Assembly (NCBI GenBank): GCA_030583685.1
Contig: CP129470.1
Span: 20,345 to 84,344 of the forward strand
Direction of reading: 5' to 3'
Length of the DNA: 64,000 nt
Source: Candidatus Dojkabacteria bacterium
Lineage (GTDB): Bacteria > Patescibacteriota > Dojkabacteria > GCA-002793355
Part shown: in pieces, positions 58,542 to 64,000 of the stretch
Position numbering within the stretch: position 1 is the stretch's first letter
How the letters are laid out: each line of letters starts with the position of its first letter
Notes under the pieces: model-generated
Told to the model about the DNA's origin: nothing
What the model saw: the letters and a program-made list of their open reading frames with translations, nothing else
Database searches by the model: none
Translations under genes and position numbers: made by a program

Positions 58542-59228
58542 TCAAGTTCGTTCTCGCAAAATTATCACTTCGCCATCGCGTAACGCTCGATATGTAATCT
58601 CCTGCTTCTTGTAATATTCAACCACCTGTTCAATCATTTCACTTTCTTGGTGAGCTGAACGATAATGAGGAGCAAATGCAAAATCGATTATTCCCAATCC
58701 CTCATAAAGTGCGGGTTGCTGGTATGCAACCTGTGTCTCCTCAGGGTAATCGACTAGTTCTAAGCCTTTCAGTGAAGGCGCAAGAACACAAACGCCGGCG
58801 CTAAATCCACCATAGACAAAATCCTTTCTCGTATGATGCATTTCTTGCATAATAAGATCGAAACCACTGAGTTTATACGCCAATCGCAATACAAATGCAT
58901 TTCCTCCACGAACCCAGACACCACCAAACTCTTGCATTTTCTTATCCAACTCGTTTTGTTTGCCAAAATAATTGCGTAGATCAATACTTTCCGGAAAAAG
59001 CCCGAGGTCTGTCAATGACGATAATTGCTCTTCTTCACTTAACTTTCGCCTGGTGATATCAGAAAATGAATCAAGCGCATTAGAAATAAGGGCAACCCTC
59101 CTATTGGTTCCATACATATTCGAAAACTGTTCAGGGTTATCGCCAAACCGATATGAAGAAAGATAGAGATGCATGTACGTACGATAATACCACGATACGT
59201 AAATTCCAAAAAATACGCTTACCTCCAC
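58542..59228 (-). CDS. Peptidase family S51 (dipeptidase E / cyanophycinase-like)
   Basis: Nucleophile elbow YGGFSAGVCV (GxSAG), class I glutamine-amidotransferase-like fold length, conserved His near the C-terminus (FAPHY). Confidence 0.55.
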   Translation of the reverse strand: MEVSVFFGIYVSWYYRTYMHLYLSSYRFGDNPEQFSNMYGTNRRVALISNALDSFSDITRRKLSEEEQLSSLTDLGLFPESIDLRNYFGKQNELDKKMQEFGGVWVRGGNAFVLRLAYKLSGFDLIMQEMHHTRKDFVYGGFSAGVCVLAPSLKGLELVDYPEETQVAYQQPALYEGLGIIDFAFAPHYRSAHQESEMIEQVVEYYKKQEITYRALRDGEVIILRERT

Positions 59229-60205
59229 GAAGGAATACCATCAATGCTTTTCGCCTGCATGATACTATTGTTGATTGCGTTAACTACCGCCTCTTGAGCG
59301 CCAATACCAATAAAATCTACCAGCGTTAATGGATTCATCTTGGGGAATACTTTTCGTTCACAAGATCTGGATGATAAGGCAAAAACAACATCACCATCCA
59401 TATTTGTGTGAATAGGATGAATTGCTCGTGCATAGCCATCGTGAGTGAATTCTGCCACTTTCATGAGCTGATTTTTGGTCATCGAAACATTAGTTGCAAT
59501 AACAGTAAGAGTCGTATTACCGGATAAATTCATCGTTGCGGTTAGATGTTCTAATGAATCTCCAAATTCCGAATGAATAGCAGTATACTTTCCACTTTCC
59601 GAATAGAACTCGCCTGTAATCGGGTTTATAATATCGCCAAGCGCATTTGTTACTGTGAATGCTGCAACAATAATGTCGTGAGGGAGGAAAGATACTCCAA
59701 TACCAAATCCCCCTTTCATAAGCTTCCCTTTAAACCATTTACCGACAACAGCACCTGTCCCCACACCTACATTTCCTTGCTCAGGTAGCTCATCAGATAT
59801 ATTTCTTACTGCCTGCCGTCCTTCCTCGAGTGCAGGATGAGTATTAGTTCCGACAGCGATATCATAAATTACTGCACCTGTAGTTGCAGGAATAATTCCC
59901 GCTCGGGTTTGGTTACCAATTCCTTTTTCTACTAATTCTTCCATGACTCCGACAGCGGACGCCAAACCGAATGTACTTCCTCCTGTAAGAACCACTGCAT
60001 GAGTTGATTGATTTGCAGCTTTCGGATCAAAGGCTGGAGTATTAAAAGTTCCTGTATTTGAGCCCCGAATATCAATCCCAATATCTGCGGATTGCTCAGC
60101 AATGAACGCAGTTACACCTGTAATATTTTTCAAATCGGTATAGTGACCTATCCTGAGTCCTATTCGCTTGAGTAAATCGTGCGGTAATTGTTGGATCCTT
60201 TCCAT
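59219..60205 (-). CDS. DmpA/OAT-like (peptidase S58 / P1 family) protein; start at MERIQQ to avoid overlapping tRNA-Gly
   Basis: Gly-rich beta-strand motifs ITGVTAFIAE...IGIDIRGSNTGTFN and LTGGSTFGLASA typical of DmpA/ArgJ Ntn-fold enzymes. Motif-level only. Confidence 0.45.
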   Translation of the reverse strand: MERIQQLPHDLLKRIGLRIGHYTDLKNITGVTAFIAEQSADIGIDIRGSNTGTFNTPAFDPKAANQSTHAVVLTGGSTFGLASAVGVMEELVEKGIGNQTRAGIIPATTGAVIYDIAVGTNTHPALEEGRQAVRNISDELPEQGNVGVGTGAVVGKWFKGKLMKGGFGIGVSFLPHDIIVAAFTVTNALGDIINPITGEFYSESGKYTAIHSEFGDSLEHLTATMNLSGNTTLTVIATNVSMTKNQLMKVAEFTHDGYARAIHPIHTNMDGDVVFALSSRSCERKVFPKMNPLTLVDFIGIGAQEAVVNAINNSIMQAKSIDGIPSWR

Positions 60206-60277
60206 ACGTACTATTTTATCAGATACAAGACAAAATAATGGGATACTACCCACCTTTCGGGTGAACACTATCCCATT

Positions 60278-60351
60278 AGCGGGAAACGGGACTCGAACCC
60301 GCAACCCTCAGTTTGGAAAACTGATGCTCTAACCAATTGAGCTATTCCCGC
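60278..60351 (-). tRNA. tRNA-Gly (anticodon TCC)
   Basis: Minus-strand sequence GCGGGAATAGCTCAATTGGTTAGAGCATCAGTTTTCCAAACTGAGGGTTGCGGGTTCGAGTCCCGTTTCCCGCT: 7-bp acceptor, anticodon loop TTTCCAA, T-loop TTCGAGT, discriminator U. Confidence 0.85.
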
Positions 60352-60462
60352 AGCGTTATACACGAAGCTGCCCCGCGAGGGAATACAAAGTATTCCTGCA
60401 GAGTACCACCTGCCAGTTTCGTTACGAGGAAATACGACCTATTCCCTCATTTCTCACTTATT

Positions 60463-61137
60463 TTACTCGTTAATTCGACTTTTTTCAAGGTACTGATCCA
60501 TTGCACCCATGTAGAAAATAACCGCCCTCGCCCAACTACTGCCACTTGCAGCGCAAGGAGGACAATATGCAGGTTCAATCTGGTACGGCGTCAAATGAGT
60601 TCCATAGCCCAAGGCCAATCGCGAAGTTAAAACCTTAACGCCGACACCATAATCTTCAAATTTTTGCCATGTCCCTCCTGGTCCACCTTTCCACCCCCAA
60701 CAATTATTCGTATCTACCGGGGTAATTCGGCAAAAACGCGATTCAATACCAGAGATTGCAGGAACGAGTCGCCAATCCAGTTTATAAATATCGGCCTCCC
60801 GAACAATTAACTCTGCATAAGGAGTTAAGGGTGACCCTTGGTCACGCAAAAAATTCCGGAGTGCCGCAGCTCGACCATCAAGGGTCGCAATGTCTGAACC
60901 AATTCCATATTCCTTGTCATAGCCACCGCTCAAAAATACATCACTTCGCGCAAGAAATCGAGTTTTATCGATTGCCTCTAATTCATATACTTTTCCTGGA
61001 GAAGCTGCTGATTTAAAAGAGTGGAGAAGATTACTGGTAACAAAGTTCGTTAAGGGAGCATAGAAATACAATGCCAATAACACCCACGATGAGATGAGGG
61101 CAAAAATTCCGGCCTGTGGGGTGATATTGAGTTTCAT
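60463..61137 (-). CDS. N-terminally anchored secreted protein of unknown function (possible cell-wall hydrolase)
   Basis: Signal-anchor IFALISSWVLLALYFYA; body has NNCWGWKGG and conserved Cys pairs; no confident family assignment. Confidence 0.3.
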   Translation of the reverse strand: MKLNITPQAGIFALISSWVLLALYFYAPLTNFVTSNLLHSFKSAASPGKVYELEAIDKTRFLARSDVFLSGGYDKEYGIGSDIATLDGRAAALRNFLRDQGSPLTPYAELIVREADIYKLDWRLVPAISGIESRFCRITPVDTNNCWGWKGGPGGTWQKFEDYGVGVKVLTSRLALGYGTHLTPYQIEPAYCPPCAASGSSWARAVIFYMGAMDQYLEKSRINE

Positions 61138-61203
61138 ACCATACTAGTCTATAATATCGGAGCTTAAGAGTAAAGAAGCGTTCATAATATCATTACGGTC
61201 GAC

Positions 61204-61371
61204 ATGAAAAAAGGTAAGACACAATATGTCAGATTGAAGTGCAGTGTTTGTAGCGAAATTAACTACACAACCGTACGCGGAACAAAAGCTGGTGCTGAGA
61301 AATTAGCGCTCAAAAAGTTCTGTAACCGATGTAAACTTCACACTGACCACAACGAAACAAAGATTAAATAA
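61204..61371 (+). CDS. rpmG: 50S ribosomal protein L33 (55 aa; below the ORF-track length cutoff)
   Basis: Hand translation gives MKKGKTQYVRLKCSVCSEINYTTVRGTKAGAEKLALKKFCNRCKLHTDHNETKIK: CxxC...CxxC zinc ribbon and L33 consensus; directly upstream of tRNA-Trp-secE-nusG. Confidence 0.7.
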   Translation: MKKGKTQYVRLKCSVCSEINYTTVRGTKAGAEKLALKKFCNRCKLHTDHNETKIK

Positions 61372-61377
61372 AGCACT

Positions 61378-61448
61378 GGGGGTATAGTTTAATGGTAAAA
61401 TGACGGTCTCCAAAACCGTTGTTCTCCGTTCGAGTCGGAGTACCCCTG
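61378..61448 (+). tRNA. tRNA-Trp (anticodon CCA)
   Basis: Acceptor GGGGGTA/TACCCCT, anticodon stem-loop ACGGT-CTCCAAA-ACCGT, T-arm CTCCG-TTCGAGT-CGGAG; conserved position before secE. Confidence 0.85.
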
Positions 61449-61484
61449 TACTTTGTCTCTGCAATTAATTTGGTACAATAACAC

Positions 61485-61691
61485 ATGAAGAAGCTCACAC
61501 TCCCCAAAACAGTCCGAATTCCCTGGTTGGGAGATATCGTTACGACTTTTAAAGCGATTCTCTGGCCGACACCCAAAGTGCTTGCCGTCAGTTTAGTTGC
61601 AGTTTTGATTATTTCTGCTATAATTGGCGGGTACTTATGGGCTCTCGATAGTGGCTTTGAGTACCTCAGAAACTTGATTTTATTTAATTAG
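61485..61691 (+). CDS. secE: Preprotein translocase subunit SecE
   Basis: 68 aa, single C-terminal TM (VAVSLVAVLIISAIIGGYLWAL) preceded by a basic region; conserved location between tRNA-Trp and nusG. Confidence 0.7.
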   Translation: MKKLTLPKTVRIPWLGDIVTTFKAILWPTPKVLAVSLVAVLIISAIIGGYLWALDSGFEYLRNLILFN

Positions 61692-61698
61692 CGACAAA

Positions 61699-62235
61699 AT
61701 GCAGGAACACAAATGGTACGTGCTCAACGTTCACTCCGGAAAAGAAGATTTTGTCGCCGACAAAATCAAGACGATGATTGACGCACAGAATGCAAAAGAT
61801 GTCATCTCTGAAATCAATATCCCCAAACAATCAAAAATCGTCATCAAAGAGGGAAAGAAAGAAATTAAAAAACAGCGACTACTTCCGGGTTATATTTTAG
61901 TCAAAATGCGTTACGATCAGCAGACAGCTTCCTTGTTAACAAACATCGAAGAAGTCCGTGGATTTGTTCGTATTGGAACAGAAGTATACCCATTAACCGA
62001 CGAAGAAGTCGTTCGAATGATGGAGCAGAAGACCGATGATACCAAAAAGACGAAATCATACGCAGTGTCGGTGCGAATTAATGATGCCGTCAAAATTGTC
62101 GATGGTCCATTTAAGGAATTTATTGGCAAAGTATCAGAAGTTGATGAAGCAAAAGGCAAAGTCAAAGTTCTCATTACCATGTTCGGTCGTGAGACTCCGT
62201 TTGACCTCGACCTAACACAAATTATTAAGCTTTAG
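61699..62235 (+). CDS. nusG: Transcription termination/antitermination factor NusG
   Basis: NGN domain KWYVLNVHSGKE, KOW motif VKIVDGPFKEFIGKVSEVD; 178 aa. Confidence 0.9.
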   Translation: MQEHKWYVLNVHSGKEDFVADKIKTMIDAQNAKDVISEINIPKQSKIVIKEGKKEIKKQRLLPGYILVKMRYDQQTASLLTNIEEVRGFVRIGTEVYPLTDEEVVRMMEQKTDDTKKTKSYAVSVRINDAVKIVDGPFKEFIGKVSEVDEAKGKVKVLITMFGRETPFDLDLTQIIKL

Positions 62236-62255
62236 TTGAGAGGGAGGAGTATAGT

Positions 62256-62681
62256 ATGGCAAAAAAGATTAAAAGCCAGTTTAAGGTCATTATCCCTGCG
62301 GGGAAGGCCGTACCAGCGCCACCACTTGGGCCTGCATTATCTGCAAAGCAAGTGAACATTAAAGAATTTTGTGACAAATTCAACGAGGCAACACGCCAAA
62401 TGGGAGATGTCAAAATTCCAGCAATTGTAACAACCTACGACGATCGTACGTTTTCAATTGAATTGCGGACCCCACCGGTTTCTGACTTGATTAAGAAGAA
62501 AGCAAAGATTGGGAAAGGTTCTGCAAAACCAAACTTACAACAGGTTGCAACCTTGACCAAAGATCAAGTGCGAGAAATTGCTCAAGAAAAGATGCAAGAT
62601 CTCAATACCACCAATGTTGACAGTGCTATGAAAACCGTTGCCGGAACAGCACGCCAAATGGGAGTTAAAATTGTCGAGTAA
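62256..62681 (+). CDS. rplK: 50S ribosomal protein L11
   Basis: IPAGKAVPAPPLGPALS, N-terminal NIKEFCDKFN, C-terminal GSAKP; 141 aa. Confidence 0.9.
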   Translation: MAKKIKSQFKVIIPAGKAVPAPPLGPALSAKQVNIKEFCDKFNEATRQMGDVKIPAIVTTYDDRTFSIELRTPPVSDLIKKKAKIGKGSAKPNLQQVATLTKDQVREIAQEKMQDLNTTNVDSAMKTVAGTARQMGVKIVE

Positions 62682-62685
62682 TACT

Positions 62686-63375
62686 ATGAAACGAGGAAAA
62701 AAATACCAAAAAACAGCGGAAAAGAAGCTCGACATGGTAGTTTCTTTAAAAAATGCAATTGAAAACGTCAAGAAACTTTCATACAGCAAATTTGATGGAA
62801 CCATCGAACTTCATATTGCTACGATTTTGCCAAAAGAAAAGGATCCAAAGTCAATCAAAGGAAGTGTGAGTTTGCCTCACATGGAAAGCAAGGCCTCAAG
62901 AATTGCCGTTGCCGTGCCAGAACACCTTGAAAAACAAGCAAAAGAAGCTGGAGCAGACATTTATACCTTTTCTGAGTTAATGGAGGGAATTAAGGGCGGT
63001 AAAATCGATTTTGATATTCTGCTTGCAACTCCAGATATGATGGTGCAATTAGCCGTTCATGGAAAAGCACTTGGTCCAAAAGGTTTAATGCCAAACCCAA
63101 AAAATGGTACCGTTGTAGTTCCAGAAAAATTATCCGACGTCATCGGTGAATTTAAACGAGGTAAGCTTGTTTTCAAAGCAGATGCTGCCGGCGGGATTCA
63201 TGTTGCCGTTGGAAAGGTTTCCTACGCAAATGACAAAATAGAAGCAAATGTCAAAGAAATGATTGATGCAGTTGTTTCGCTTCTTGGAAAAAGTAGAGAA
63301 TATGTGATTAAAAAGGCATTTTTGGCCCCAACCATGGGACCATCAGTCGCGTTTGATGTTAAGTTGATGGATTAA
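62686..63375 (+). CDS. rplA: 50S ribosomal protein L1 (start at the MKRGKKYQ ATG)
   Basis: MKRGKKYQKTAEK N-terminus, PHMESKASRIAV, GKALGPKGLMPNPK; conserved L1 signatures. Confidence 0.9.
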   Translation: MKRGKKYQKTAEKKLDMVVSLKNAIENVKKLSYSKFDGTIELHIATILPKEKDPKSIKGSVSLPHMESKASRIAVAVPEHLEKQAKEAGADIYTFSELMEGIKGGKIDFDILLATPDMMVQLAVHGKALGPKGLMPNPKNGTVVVPEKLSDVIGEFKRGKLVFKADAAGGIHVAVGKVSYANDKIEANVKEMIDAVVSLLGKSREYVIKKAFLAPTMGPSVAFDVKLMD

Positions 63376-63379
63376 GAAT

Positions 63380-63640
63380 ATGGCAAGACGATGTGATGTA
63401 TGTGATAAAAAAACAGCCCACGGTGATTCACACATTCACCGACACTCTGCATGGCGCTATAAGGCACCTCGCACAAAAAGAACTTGGGTTCCCAATTTGC
63501 GACCAGTAAAGGTTACTGCAAAAGAAAGAACTCAGGAGATTACGATGTGTATGGCGTGTTATAAGCGATATACTAAGGACGGATCATCTTTCCTCACAAA
63601 GAAACAAGTGAAAGAACTGAAAGGATTGACGTTAGTGTAG
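63380..63640 (+). CDS. rpmB: Probable ribosomal protein L28-family protein
   Basis: MARRCDVCDKKTAHGDSHIHRH...KRTWVPNLRPVKV matches the L28 pattern C.V.GK...G...SH....R.W.PNL..V.V; has a C-terminal extension with a CxxC. Confidence 0.5.
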   Translation: MARRCDVCDKKTAHGDSHIHRHSAWRYKAPRTKRTWVPNLRPVKVTAKERTQEITMCMACYKRYTKDGSSFLTKKQVKELKGLTLV

Positions 63641-63660
63641 ACTCCTAACGGCGCTTTTGA

Positions 63661-63942
63661 TTATCCTTTAAGACGTGGTGAATATTCGTGTTCAGATTGA
63701 CACCTAGAATCGTTTGTTACTGTTCGACCATTATACCCAACACAGTTTGTGGTTCTTCTCTCTACTGCCAAATCAGCTTGTAAATCAGCATAAACCTGCA
63801 TTGCCTCATCGAATGGTAGTGACTCAGCGAATTCATCAACTACCGCAGCTCTCTCAACGAGGTTTAGAAGAACATTAAAATTTGTAAATGGCTTGCAATG
63901 CGTACAATTGAAGCAAAGAAGTATTCGATTAGCCCCATTCAT
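63661..63942 (-). CDS. Hypothetical protein
   Basis: ORF only. Confidence 0.2.
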   Translation of the reverse strand: MNGANRILLCFNCTHCKPFTNFNVLLNLVERAAVVDEFAESLPFDEAMQVYADLQADLAVERRTTNCVGYNGRTVTNDSRCQSEHEYSPRLKG

Positions 63943-64000
63943 GCTATAGATCTATACCACAAACCCCCTCGTTATTCACTCAACCCATTCCCCTGTAATC

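Overview
This 64-kb window looks like it comes from a small-genome bacterium, plausibly a CPR/Patescibacteria-like lineage. That placement is an inference from gene content (a type IV pilus operon without secretin, a form II/III RuBisCO, many membrane-anchored surface proteins with Pro/Thr linkers). Core genes run: atpD (5' partial)-atpC; Na/Pi cotransporter; divergent lexA/ogt; dus; a GGDEF protein; rnhA; a cell-surface/membrane block; yraN-rnhB-rplS; mutL; tRNA-Leu and tRNA-Pro; then a roughly 12-kb AT-rich island. After the island: CutA-like protein, nucleotidyltransferase, kinases, CaCA antiporter, HAD hydrolase; a type IV pilus operon (major pilin-pilB-pilC plus four pilin-like genes); a TrmB-HTH::aldo/keto-reductase fusion; RuBisCO large subunit; rarA; tRNA-Val; two very large paralogous repeat-rich surface proteins; typA; peptidases; tRNA-Gly; and rpmG-tRNA-Trp-secE-nusG-rplK-rplA-(L28-like). 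The most interesting locus is the island (17018-29026). It sits immediately 3' of tRNA-Pro and is bounded by a 16-bp direct repeat of the tRNA 3' end. It carries an XRE regulator, a complete type I R-M system (hsdM-hsdS-hsdR), a large PHP-phosphoesterase::SMC/ABC-ATPase fusion protein, a 392-aa protein of unknown function, a PIN-domain protein, and a convergent wHTH/PD-(D/E)xK-like protein. No integrase is recognisable. I flag the PHP-ATPase/unknown/PIN trio as a candidate undescribed defence module. All calls rest on motif recognition by eye; nothing was searched or computed.
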